Below are positions 50,701 through 62,988 of a stretch of 64,000 bases of DNA, piece after piece (positions within the stretch are counted from its first letter, which is position 1; every line of letters starts with the position of its first letter). Under the pieces are notes generated by a model. That model ran no database searches, was not told the origin of the DNA, and saw nothing but the letters and a program-made list of their open reading frames with translations. A program made the position numbers and the translations under genes. The DNA is from Anthoceros angustus (lineage: Eukaryota; Plantae; Anthocerotophyta), in NCBI GenBank assembly GCA_010909165.1, contig MU008189.1:558001-622000 (forward strand), in the 5' to 3' direction.

Positions 50701-50859
50701 TCAAGCGACAATAGGTACATGCACTTTCCGGCAAGCTCCACCTTCGATGGATGGGGCCATATAGGGTTCTCAAGTCTTCAAATGGATCAAGCGCAAGAAC
50801 TAGGTGGCCTCCACTACCACCGAGTCAATGGGTGGAGGGTCAAGAAGTATTATACATAA
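41778..50859 (+). CDS. Gypsy pol: protease, RT, RNase H, integrase (fragmented, partly re-iterated)
   Basis: VPLDSG protease; DHYPLPFID and FLDDF RT; [15 protein letters not shown] and YTTTEREAL RNase H; [16 protein letters not shown] and [10 protein letters not shown] integrase; ends [13 protein letters not shown] as in Athila. Confidence 0.93.
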
Positions 50860-50892
50860 GTTGGCGGGACGCCAACAAATGAGAAGGGAGTA

Positions 50893-53800
50893 TGTAAACG
50901 ATCTAGTCTTGGAAACCCTGTTGTGCCAAGTGAATTTTTTGTTTTTGGGATAGTGGTGTGAAAATAAGTCGGGTTGGTAGTTGGGGTATTCATAGTAAAA
51001 ATGTCCTTGGCCTATGGAGTTCTTTTGTTTTATTTTTAGGTTAGAAAATAAATGGTCCGGAATTTGGTGTTCCTTGGCCCATGGACTCGAATGTTCCCTA
51101 AAAAGTCTATATATGTGAGATAGGGGGTTTGGAATAATTAGAGTGTGATAGTCTATAAGTTGGGGTCGACGCGTAGCGAATGAGTGTGGGGTTGTGGATT
51201 GGGATGTGGAAGCGGTCGTAGAGGTCGAGAGTAGGGGAACACAGGAAACTTAACCCTAGGAAATGATCCCGTTCAAACAACGGGCCGGGGAGGAGGAGGA
51301 GGAGGCGCGACGGGTCGAGCGTGTGAGGAGCCGTGATCAGGGGCGGGCGCAGCAGCGAAGGAAGGAGCTCGAACCCCGTCGCGACATCGCGAGGCGCGAC
51401 GCAGAGGAGGAAGGCGCGGCGACAGTGGCGCTCCTTCGAGGAGGTAGGAACCACAGGCCGACCCCGAAATTCGCAGTGAGGTGGCGTTGGTTTGTGGCGC
51501 GAGACCGGGAAGGTGAGAGGGATGGCGCCCAAGGTCACCACCAGTGCTTGCCCAATGGCCGAACATGGATCATTGGAAAGTTCTGGGAGTGGTGAAGGAG
51601 CAAGCGGGTTTCATGGAAGAGCGGTGGAATTACATGAACACAGTGCAGGAGTGCGCACACCAAGGACAAATACCAAAGGGGATTTAGAGCGGCCGCAGGA
51701 TTGGGACCGGAGGTTAGGGAGGTGTATGGGGCAAGGAGGAGGCGGGCGGGTTGGTGATGGAGCTCCAGAAAAGAAGCACGCAGCCCGCCCGTTAAAGCGG
51801 GCGTGGTCCGAACCCAAGGGTTGACGAGGATTTGGCAACAGCAGCTTGATGGGTCCGCCGGTGGCTCCTATGTTTCTCGACAAGAAGCGGGATTATTTGT
51901 CGACCACTTCTTTTGTTCCTTCATGAAGTGGTCAAGGCGAAGATCGATTGGGGGCGAATTCTCTTGACAAGTTGTGTGAAGAGAGGTTGAACTTGATTTC
52001 CTCGCCTCGGCCTCTCTAATCTCACCATTTCGTCCATCTTTATGTTTACGCTATGCGCGGAGGTGGAGATTGTAGCCTCCCTCCACATGTGGAAGCCGGT
52101 TAGGGAGGTGAAATGGAAGGCGGAGGAGCCCAAGGAGGAAAAATCGGATAGCTGGAGTCGGTGGCGGCAGGCGGTTGGAGGAGGAGAAGGAAATTCCACC
52201 AGCAAAGGAGGAAGACCGGGGTGAAGGCGGGCATCAAAAGGTGAAGGCGGATGCGCGTCACCAGTCAGCAGGCGCCCGCTCTGAAAATGAAAGCCAAACG
52301 GCGGTTGGAGGTGGCGCGAGACCAGAAGACTGTGAGAGGGATGGCGCCCAAGGTCACCACCAGTGTGCCCAATGGCCGAACATGGATCATTGGAAAGTTC
52401 GGAGTGGTGAAGGAGCAAGCCGGGTTTCATGGAAGAGCGGTGGAATTACATGAACTCGGGGTGCAGGAGTGCGCGTCACAGGACAACCAGGGGATTTAGA
52501 GCGGCCGGATTGGGACCGGAGTTAGAAGGGTGTATGGGCGAAGGAGGAGGCGGGCGGGTTGGTGATGGAGCCGTCAGAAAAGAAGCACGCAGCGGCAGTT
52601 AAAGCGGGCGAATTCAACCTGGTTGACGAGGATTTGGCAAGCCGATTGATGGGTCCGCCATGGCTCCTATGTTTCGCAGACAAGCGGGATTATTTGTCGA
52701 CCACTTGCTTTTCCTTCGAAGTGGTCAAGGCGAAGATCGATTGTAATTCTCTTGACAAGTTGTGTGAAGAGAGGTTGAACTTGATTTCCTCGCCTCGGCC
52801 TCTCTAATCTCACCATTTCGTCCATCTTTATGTTTACGCTAACTCGCGAGGTGGAGATTGTAGCCTCCCTCCACATGTGGAAGCCGGTTAGGGAGGTGAA
52901 ATGGAAGGCGGAGGAGCCCAAGGAGGAAAAATCGGATAGCTGGGAGTCGGTGGCAGGCGATTCGGAGGAGAAGGAAATTCCACCAAAGAAAAGGAGGAAG
53001 ACCGGGGTGAAAGGCATCAAAAGGTGAAGGCGGATGCGTCACAGTCAGCAGGCGCCACTATGAAAGCCAAACGGCTTGGAGGTGGCGAAGAGGAGGCGCG
53101 ATCCGAGGACAATTTTGACACGGATGCGGATGATGAATCAACTCCGGAGGGTTTAGGGTGACCTCGAGGCGGACCCTCCTCGGCATGGAAGAGATTTTCA
53201 AGGGACTCCACCGGCAACAGAGGTGGATGCAACCGGGGTGAGGGTGCGCACCTGGGGAGGAAAGTTCTCGACGGAGGGATGGCGTCGGCGCGGGCCGCCA
53301 CAACAAGTGGACTTGCGGGAGCTGACCACGCGTCGATGATCCGGGCCCAAGCATTTGTTGGATCAAGCGGCTTTAGCTCTCACGGCTCGATGTGCGGGCG
53401 GCGGAGGAAGTGGTGAAGGCCGGGTTTGACGAAGAGGAGGCCAAGCGCAACGGCGGCCGGACGGAGGAGGAAGGCGCGACGACAAGCGACAAGTCGAGGA
53501 GCCGTGGTCCGGGGCACCGTGATCCAGGAGAGGCGCGAGACTAAGGGAAGGAGCTCAACCCCGCACCGACATCGCGAGGCGCGACGCAGAGGAGGAAGGC
53601 GCGACAGCAGCCGCGCCTTGCCGAGGAGGTAGGAACCCCGAGACCGACCTCCGTGAAATTCGCGAGGTGGCGTTGGTTTGTGGCGCGAGACCAGAAGACT
53701 GTGAGAGGGATGGCGCCCAAGGTCACCACCAAATTGTGCTTGCCCAATGGCCGAACATGGATCATTGGAAAGTTCGAGCTGGGAGTCGGTGAAGGAGCAA

Positions 53801-56800
53801 GCCGGGTTTCATGGAAGAGCGGTGGAATTACATGAACTCGGGACCGCAGGTGTGAGTGCCACCAAGGACAAATACCAAAGGGGATTTAGAGCGGCCGCAG
53901 GATTGGGACCGGAGCTGGTTAGAAGGGTGGGCGCAAGGAGGAGGCGGGCGGTGATGGAGCCGCAGAAAGAAGCACAAGAAGCAGCCCGTTAAAGCGGGCG
54001 AATACGAACCCAAGGTTGACGAGGATTTGGCAACAGCAGCTTGATGGGTCCGCCGTGGTTCCTATGTTTCGCAAAGACAAGAAGCGGGATTATTTGTCGA
54101 CCACTTGCTCCTTCATGAAGTGGTCGAAGATCGATTAGCGAATTCTCTCGATGTTGTGTGAAGAGAGGTTGAACTTGATTTCCTCGCCTCGGCCCTCTAA
54201 TCTCACCATTTCGGTCCATCTTTATGTTTACGCTAACTGCCCCGCTGAGGTGGAGATTGTAGCCTCCCTCCACATGTGGAAGCCGTTAGGGAGGTGAAAT
54301 GGAAGGAGGAGCCCAAGGAGGAAAAATCGGATAGCCGGGGAGTGGCATGGGCCTGGAGGAGGAGAAGGAAATTCCACCAAAGAAAAGGAGGAAGACCGGG
54401 GTGAAAGCATCGCAAAAAAGGTGAAGGCGGATGCGCCACTGTGTCGAAAACGGCCACAGAAATGAAAGCCAAACCAGCTTGAGGTGGCAGGAGGCGCGAT
54501 CCGAGGACAATTTTGCCGACTGGATGCGTATGATGAATCAACTCCGAGGGTTTAGGGTCGACCCTCCTCAAAGATGGGAAGAGATTTTCAAGGGACTCCA
54601 CCGGCAACAGAGGTGGATGCAACCGAATTGGTGAGGGTGCGCACTGGGGAGGAAAGTTCTCGACGGAGGGATGGCGTCGCCGCAACACAACAAGTGGACT
54701 TGGTGAGCCGACCACGCCGATGATCCGGGCCCAAGCATTTGTTGGATCAAGCGGCTTTAGCTCTCACCGCTCAAGCAGGGGCGACGGAGGAAGTGGTGAA
54801 GGCTGTTTGACGAAGAGGAGGCCAAGCGCAAGCAATCGGAGGAAGACAAGCGGAACCTAGAGGAAATAAGGGCCAAGATTCAAGAAGATTTGTGCAGGCC
54901 GGGAGAAGTTGCAAGCCATGACGAGCAGGAAGCACTCATGGCTCAAATTAAGGATGCCACGAGGCGAACCAGAGATGCAGGGGAGTTGTTGCGAGCCAGA
55001 GCGAGGCGGCCTCGGTGGAAAAGGCCCATAAGCTAGCGGAGCGATATAAGCGAGCGGATGAGGCACGTGGCCGGGCGAGAAAAGACAAAGGGAAGGCGGG
55101 GTAGCAGGACCACGGCGAGTAGCGGAAGGCCTACCGAGCGGAAGGAAGCGGCAGAGGTAGGAAACCTCACCTACATGTTCTTTGAGCGACGCTGGAGTCC
55201 ACTACGCGGTGGAAACCTACCGACATTGGCGCAACCAACCGGGCAGGCGGGCGGGCGGCAGGATGCGACGTGGCGCCTCGCGAGGACATAGGCCGAGCAA
55301 CGTGTGTAGCCTACGGGAGGAGGGGTAAGCACCTCGGTGCAGGGGTCCTATTATATTACGGCACATGGATGAGGAAACTTATGTGCCCCGGTCTATATGT
55401 GAATGGAGAACGCGTGCTTAACCTCACCGCCCATGTGCGTGTGGAAATAGGAGGGATCGGGGCCTACCTGCAAGTGAGGACCCGGCGCATACTTCTACCG
55501 CGCGGGTGTGGGGTTGGCTCCCTATGCGGAGGCGACTTTGGAGGAGTTGAGCGAGGAGGAGGTCCAGCTTGGGTGGACGAGGAGCCGTTAATCCTCAGCA
55601 ATAGGCGGCCAGCGGAAGATGCGGAAGCCCCAGGGCAGGGTACACCTCAAATTCGGACGTCCAGCAGTGACAGTGAGGTGGAAGTAGTGTGGGAGAACCT
55701 GTCCGACCAGCGGCGTGGCAGGAGAGCTCGTGGCGGCAGCAATGGAGGACGTAGGGCCAGACGGCCAAGTCGAGGTAGGGCGCGCAGATAGCGTAGGCTG
55801 AGGTGGTAGCAACCTAAAGATAATTTGGTTAGGATGCTGCACTGGACCTAGGATCGCTCCGAATTGTGGGCGCGTCCCTTCGATAGCCATCTTAGGACCT
55901 AAAAATCCGGGGCAGGGTGCCCCAGCCGATGTATAAGAGGGGCGAATTAGGTCCCTCACGTCAGATAATTCCTGGTTGAGATCCCCACGCTGCCTGTGGC
56001 TGGTTGGAGACGTCCGTCCAGGTTGAGGCGGTGCGAGGCGCTCCTAGGGGTGGTCGAGAGCTTGCTCCGGGGGGAGGAGGGGTGATAAAGCAATCTTGGC
56101 GACAAAGGAGGAGGAAACCAAGGGATTGGCGCGGGCGGTCCGGAGCTTGCTCGTGCCCGTGACGCCGGGGTTCTTCTTTCCTTCACACTTGTCCCGCTAG
56201 TTGTGTTCAATTAGAGAAGTGTTGAGTGGATGGTTGGAAGCCTGGGCGAGTTGAGGGAGAGAGAGAGAGAGAGAGAGAGATTGGGTGAAGGAGTGACTAA
56301 ACCAGCGCGATGCGAGGTGTGAGAGGGTTGAGAAGGAACTAATTGAGAGACTAGCGGTGGAGATTGTAGCCTCCCTCCACATGTGGAAGCCGGTTAGGGA
56401 GGTGAATGGAAGGCGGAGGAGCCCAAGGAGGAAAAATCGGATAGCTGGAGTCGGTGGCGGCGGTTCGGAGGAGGAGAAGGAAATTCCACCAGAAAAGGAG
56501 GAAGACCGGGGTGAAAGGCGGGCATCGTGAAAAGGTGAAGGCGGATGCGCGCGTCACCAGTCAGCAGGCGCCCGCTACAGAAATGAAAAGCGGCGGTTGG
56601 AGGTGGCGGAAGAGGCGCGATCCGAGGACAATTTTGACACGGATGCGGATGATGAATCAACTCCGGAGGGTTTAGGGTGACCTCGAGGCGGACCCTCCTC
56701 GGCATGGGAAGAGATTTTCAAGGGACTCCAGCAGCGGTGGATGCAACCGGTGAGGGTGCGCACCTTCTGGGAGGAAAGTTCTCGACGGAGGGATGGCGCG

Positions 56801-59800
56801 GCCGGGGGCCACAACAAGTGGACTTGCGGGAGCTGACCACGTCGATGATCCGGGCCCAAGCGGTTGTTGGATCAAGCGGCTTTAGCTCTCACGGCTCGGT
56901 GCAGGCGGGCGGAGGAAGTGGTGAAGGCCAGTTTGTGAAGAGGAGGCCAAGCGCAAGGAGGAAGACAAGCGGAACCTAGAGGAAGGGCCAAGATTCAAGA
57001 AGATTTGTGCAGGCCGGGAGAAGTTGCAAGCCATGACGAGCAGGAAGCACTCATGGCTCAAATTAAGGATGCCCACGAGGCGAACCAGAGATGGGAGTTG
57101 TTGCGAGCCCAGGCGAAGCGGCCTCGGTGGAAAAGGCCCATAAGCTAGCGGAGCGATATAAGGAGCGGGATGAGGCACGTGGCGGGGCGTAAAAGACAAA
57201 GGGAAGGCGGGTGTGACCACGGCGAGTAGCGGAAGGCCTACCGGAAGGAAGCGACCAGGTGGCGAAACCTCACCTACGCGTTCTTGAGCGACGCAGTCGT
57301 GGAGTCCACTACCGCATGAGTCGACGCTACCGACATTGGGCACGGGCGGGCGGGCGGCGATGCGGCGTGCCTCGCGAGGACATAGGCCGAGCAACGTGTG
57401 TAGCCTACGGGAGGAGGGGTAAGCACCTCAGTGCGGGGGTCCTATTATATTACGGCACATGGATGAGGAAACTTATGTGCCCCGGTCTATATGTGAATGG
57501 AGAACGCGCTTAACCTCACTCCATGTGCGTGTGGAAATAGGAGGGATCGGGGCCTACCTGCAAGTGAGGACCCGGTGCATACTTCTACCGCGCGGGTGTG
57601 GGGTTGGCTCCCTATTATGCGGAGGCGACTTTGGAGGAGTTGAGCGAGGAGGAGGTCCAGCTTGGGTGGACGAGGAGCCGTGTAATCCTCGGCAATAGGC
57701 GGCCACGGAAGATGCGGAAGCCCAGGCGGTACACCTCAAATTCGACGTCAGCGTGGCGGTGAGGTGGAAGTAGTGTGGGAGAACCGTCCAGGCCGTGGCG
57801 GAGAGCTCGTGGCGGCAGCAATGGAGGATGAGGGCGGCAGCCAAGTCGAGGTAGGGCGCGAGATAGCGTGAGGTGAGGTGGTAGCAACCTAAAGATAATT
57901 TGGTTAGGATCTTGCCGACCTAGGATCGCTCCGAATTGTGGCGCGTCCCTTCGATAGCCATCTTAGGACCTAAAAATCAGGCGGTGCCCCGGCCGATGTA
58001 TAAGAGGAATTAGGTCCCTCACGCCGATAATTCTGGTTGAGATCCCCACGCCTGTGGCTGGTTGGAGACGTCCGTCCAGGTTGAGGCGGTGCGAGGCGCT
58101 CCTAGGGGTGGTCGAGAGCTTGCTCCGGGGGGAGGAGGGGTGATAAAGCAATCTTGGCGACAAAGGAGGAGGAAACCAAGGGATTGGCGCGGGCGGTCCG
58201 GAGCTTGCTCGTGCCCGTGACGCCGGGGTTCTTCTTTCCTTCACACTTGTCCCGCTAGTTGTGTTCAATTAGAGAAGTGTTGAGTGGATGGTTGGAAGCC
58301 TGGGCGAGTTGAGGGAGAGAGAGAGAGAGAGAGAGAGATTGGGTGAAGGAGTGACTAAACCAGCGCGATGCGAGGTGTGAGAGGGGTTGAGAAGGAACTA
58401 ATTGAGAGACTAGCGGTGGAGATTTGTGTGAATCCAAAAGAAACCAAACGGTGCCTGGTGGAAGTGCGCAAGGGGAACAGTTCCCTTGTAAAATAATGTG
58501 TGGCGCCTTTGTGTGTGTGGAGCGGTGAGGATTTGTGGAATTTAGGTCCCTAGGAATCGGTGTGTGTGTGCATGAAGTGTGGAGTGCAGAATAAGCGGAT
58601 CCGTGCCGCAGTGACGCCCGTGGCGAGATCCGGCGTCAGAAATAAGTCGCTAGGGTTTGGGTGTGGGACCCACCTCGTGGTCGAAGCAACTACCGGTGAG
58701 AGCCACCGCGGTCGTGGAATGAGATTTTGTCGTGGAATAAGAGGCGTGGTGGCTAGACAAGTCGGGGTAGTAGTGGTTGAGTAGATAGGTAAGAGGAGTA
58801 ATAGCAAGTAAGTCTTGACTTAGGTGAAGGTCGATGTGATAGAAGTTAGCGTCTCTTGGCACAAACCATTCCCTTGGGAGGCGAATCCTAAGCCTAGCGA
58901 CATTGAGGGGCGAATTAGGTCCCTCACGCCGATAATTCTGGTTGAGATCCCCACTGTGGCTGGTTGGAGACGTCCGATGAGAGGCGGTGTGCGAGGCGCT
59001 CCTAGGGGTGGTCGAGAGCTTGCTCCCGGGGAGGAGGGGTGATAAAGCAATCTTGACAAAGGAGGAGGAAACCAGATTGGCGCGGGTGGAGCTTGCTCGT
59101 AACGCCGTGGCCTGGGGTTCTTCTTTCCTTCACACTTGTCCCTAGTTGTGTTCGAATTGAGAAGTGTTGAGTGGATGGTTGGAAGCTGGGCGAATTGAGA
59201 GAGAGAGAGGAGAAGATTGGGTGAAGGAGTGACTAAACATGCAGCGATGCGAGGTGTGAGGAGTTGAGAAGGGAACTAATTGAGACTAGCGGTGGAGATT
59301 TGTGAATCCAAAAGAAACCAAACCGGTCTTGTGGTGGAAGCGTGCAAAACAGCGTTCCTTGTAAAGTGTGAGTGTGGCTGTGTGTGTGTGTGGAGCGGTG
59401 AGGGATTTGTGGAATTTAGGTCCCTAGGAATCGGTGTGTGTGTGCATGAAGTGTGGAGTGCGAATAAAGCCGGATCCGACGCGGCGGTGGGCCGTGGCGA
59501 GATCCGCGCGTCGAAATAAGTCGCTAGGGTTTGGGTGGGACCCACCTCGTGGTCGAAGCAACTACCGGTGAGAGCCACCGCGGTCGTGGAATAAGATTTA
59601 GTCGTGGAATAAGAGCTGGTAGAGGAGTCGGGGTAGTAGTGGTTGAGTAGATAGGTAAGAGGAGTAATAGCAAGTAAGTCTTGACTTAGGTGAAGGTCGA
59701 TGGCGATAGAAGTTAGCGTCTCTTGGCACAAACCATTCCCTTGGGAGCGAATCCTAAGCCTACAACGACATTGAGGGCGAATGTGGACCTCACGGTGTCC

Positions 59801-59824
59801 CTGGACACGAATCCACACTCCACA
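50893..59824 (+). repeat. Gypsy 3' LTR
   Basis: Starts TGTAAACGATC two bases after the PPT and ends ACTCCACA followed by TSD CCTAC. Confidence 0.85.
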
Positions 59825-61851
59825 CCTACATTTTCCAAAATTCGACATTTATGATGGTGGTTTTTAATGGCCAACCTTTTGAAGACGACAATGTTTCACA
59901 ATGTTTTGCAGAGAAGCAAGAAAATAAATAGAATAGATGATTTGTCCTTGAGTAATGAAAGCACATCGGATGTGTCGAACACAAGTATAAGAGGCATCTG
60001 CGCTTGCGAGCCTAGTGAGGCAGTATCTGAAGAAGAAAGAGGGCTGATCGCCATGGGGTTTTGACCAAATGGTGAGTATTTCGGTGAGGCTCGAAGGAGG
60101 ACATGTCTATACCTTTGTGGCGCCCACAGGTGGCGGCTAGGTGTTCGAGACGAACTATAGCCAAGCTTGCGAGATTTTGAATTTAAGATCGACTTGCTCC
60201 ATGTGCCACCCATGGATAGATTAAGGTTGAAAGCGATGCGGACTTGACAAGAAGAAATGTAAGCTCAAGAGTTTGATCAAGAACGGTTGAGGAGGCCTCA
60301 CCATCCTTTACCTTGTCCAATTCTCATGAGCCTAATCTGCTGATCTAAGTGCGGCTTATCTCTACGGAGGGGCCGGTCGGGCAGGGTATGCTGTGCAGGA
60401 TTGCTCGAATCACGGGGTTTGAAAAGAGAATTGATGTGAGTGTGGCGCCTTTGTGTGTGTGGTGAGGGATTTGTGGAATTTAGGTCCCTAGGAATCGGTG
60501 TGTGTGTGCATGAAGTGTGGAGAAGCCGATCCGCGGCACGTGACGCCTGCGGGGATCCGCGGCGGAAATAAGTCGCTAGGGTTTGGGTGTGGGACCCACC
60601 TCGTGGTCGAAGCAACTACCGGTGAGAGCCACCGCGGTCGTGGAATAAGACGGCGTGGAATAAGAGCTGGTAGCTAGACAAGTCGGGGTAGTAGGCTGAG
60701 TAGATAGGTAAGAGGAGTAAGCAAGTAAGTCTTGACTTAGGTGAAGGTAAGAGCGATAGAAGTTAGCGTCTCTTGGCACAAACCATTCCCTTGGGAGGCG
60801 AATCCTAAGCCTACAACGACATTGAGGGGCGAATGTGGACCTCACTGTCCCCTGACACGAATCCACACTCCACACCTACATTTTCCAAAATTCGACATTA
60901 TGATGGTGGTTTTAATGGCCAACCTTTGAAGACGCATAATGTTTCACAATGTTTTGCGAGAAGCAAGAAAATAAATAGAATAGATGATTTGTCCTTGAGT
61001 AATGAAAGCTTGATGTAGTCGAACACAAGTATAAGACAAGACGCTCGCCACCGCGAGCCCTAGTGAGAGCCAAATGTATAAGAAAGAGGGCTGGCCCGCC
61101 TGAATGGGGTTTTGACCAAATGGTGAGTATTTCAAAGGAGGCTCAAGGAGGACATGTCTATACCCACCGTGACGCCCACAACAAATGTGGCGCAATGTAG
61201 GTGTTCGAGACGAACTATAGCCAAGCTTCGCCAGAGATTTTGAATTTAAGATCCGACTTGCTCCATGTGCCACCCATGGATAGATTAAGGTTGAAAGCGA
61301 CGGACTTGACAAGAAGAAATGTAAGCTCAAGAGTTTGATCAAGAACGTTGAGGAGGCCTCACCATCCTTTACCTTGTCCAATTCTCCACTACGGGGCCCA
61401 ATGCCGCAGATCTGGCGGCTTATCTCCGACACGAGGCTGTGTCGGCTGACAGGTATGCCCGCCGTCCGGGATTGCTCCGATCAAGGGGTTTGAAAAGAGA
61501 ATTGATATGAGTGTTGGTGCGGTGGCACAAGCAACTTGAACGAAAGTGCTTGCCTACACAAGTATTGACGCAACCCTCTCCAAACCCGGTGTATTGCACC
61601 TCTTTGGAGTATAAGTGCGACGTTCGGTGCACTCCGACTCTTTGGAGCATAAGTCGCTATCATCCAAGCCACTTGGTACAAAGGTGTGTCTCATTTGTGC
61701 GGACGGTGGGCACATTAGGTCTTCTTTTGGGCTCGGATGCATGGGGCTGTGGGTTCGCAAATCACGAAAACGATTGAAATGAGACATGTGCATTTACGGA
61801 TGGTTGGGGCCAAAATGGGGTTGGAGACAAACCCCTATCTTTGAGAACACT

Positions 61852-62968
61852 TACCTCGAGTTGAATGGAGCCGTCATGGAGGAAGAGGCCTCACGTGGCT
61901 CGGTCAAGACATCATATGCAGAACTCAAGGCCGAGCCTCTTCGTGATAAAAGGAAGAGGAAGGGGAAGAGGCGGTACCAACTGGCGGCGGCTCTCATATG
62001 GCAATAATAGACCCTCATCATCTCGCAGCACCAGTGAGAAAAGGCACTTGTCATTGGTGTCAACTGGAAGGACATTATGAAAGGGAATGTTGAAAGAAAA
62101 AGGCTAGGGCGCCTAGAAGAGGTCCCCCACCCACTTCAAATGTGGCATACAAGGCACCAGGGCTAGCGCTATTAGCTGTCTACTTGACCTCTAGAAATAA
62201 CATGCATATGAGTGGTTAGGGTATAGTCCACCTTACGTGTGCTGGAGGTGAAGTCTTGCAACTTGACTATGTTTATCATGTACCACAAATGGCTAAAAAT
62301 CTTGTTTCTGTTAGACAGCTCACTATGTCACAAAGATACAATGTAAACTTCAGCAGTCAGACCTGTGCTATTCAAGATGTTAGCAACTCCACAAAAAAAA
62401 AATTGTATGAAGGAAGGCTGTTTCATGACCTTGATCGTCTTGAATTGGAGTCCTCCCCAATCTCTAACCTTGCACGATTCAACAAAGCACAGTTATCAAC
62501 CTTGTGGCGCTCTGATTAGCTCATATCAACTCACGAAATTCCTCAAACTAAGTTCTAGCAATCTTTATGAAGACACATTACCTACCTTAGCTGTCGCTTC
62601 TTTCTTTGAGCTATGTATTCCAAGAGTCGAAGTTTACCTTTTCCAAATTAGACGCAATACGAGCTACACATCCGTTGGAACTGGTCCACACGGATTTGAG
62701 TGGCCCTATGTCAGGCCCTTTATTTAACCACTCATTGTTTTTCATGCGGATCGTGGATGATGCCACGAGGATAACTTATACCTATTTTCTGCGACACAAG
62801 TCAGAGGTAGTTGACAAATTTGAGGAGTACATAGACATGGCCGAATGGCAACTAGGCACTCGCCTGAAGACAGTACGTAAAGATGGGGGAGGCGAATTTA
62901 TTGCAGGCCATTTTACTCAGCTTTGTGTATCCAAAGGCATCCTTATGCAGAGGAGTGTACCATATTCT
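61852..62968 (+). mobile_element. Second Copia element, right part (gag knuckle, protease/pre-integrase, integrase)
   Basis: YLELNGAVMEEEASR; CHWCQLEGHYEREC* at about 62050; VYHVPQMAKNLVSV; LELVHTDLSGP...IVDDATR...KTVRKDGGGEF. Confidence 0.85.
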
Positions 62969-62988
62969 CAGGCTCCGCCCTCCTTCAA

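Larger units (their letters stand above)
31140..59824 (+). mobile_element. Athila-like Ty3/Gypsy LTR retrotransposon (length inflated by re-iterated blocks)
   Basis: TSD CCTAC at 31135-31139 and 59825-59829; LTRs TG...CA; PBS TGGCGCCGTTGCCGGGGA at 39133-39150 (tRNA-Asp complement, Athila type); PPT GAGAAGGGAG at 50881-50890; order gag-PR-RT-RH-IN. Confidence 0.93.
30013..61851 (-). mobile_element. Putative hAT-like DNA transposon (30013-31139 plus 59825-61851), split by the Gypsy
   Basis: Imperfect TIRs sharing ATAGGGGTT..TxTCCA; palindromic GCCGGACGTCCGGC motifs; a degenerate minus-strand VEFWK...SIRASNSNE(R)TF resembling the hAT C-terminal dimerisation motif spans the Gypsy insertion site. 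TSD not resolved. Confidence 0.5.

Noticed and set aside
1956-50859. Programmed frameshifting or editing to explain the broken TE ORFs
   Set aside because: Indels are pervasive and differ between repeated copies, while the single-copy host genes (PRPS5, PPR, DUF1995-like, P450) are clean. Sequencing/consensus error or decay is more parsimonious.
39466-50859. Tat/Ogre assignment or chromovirus
   Set aside because: No additional archaeal-type RNase H and no chromodomain seen. The tRNA-Asp PBS and VNGxRxKxY ending fit Athila better.
37619-58338. (GA)n and (GT)n microsatellites and TTTAGGG-like words
   Set aside because: Short tracts that are ordinary parts of the LTR modules; no telomeric array.
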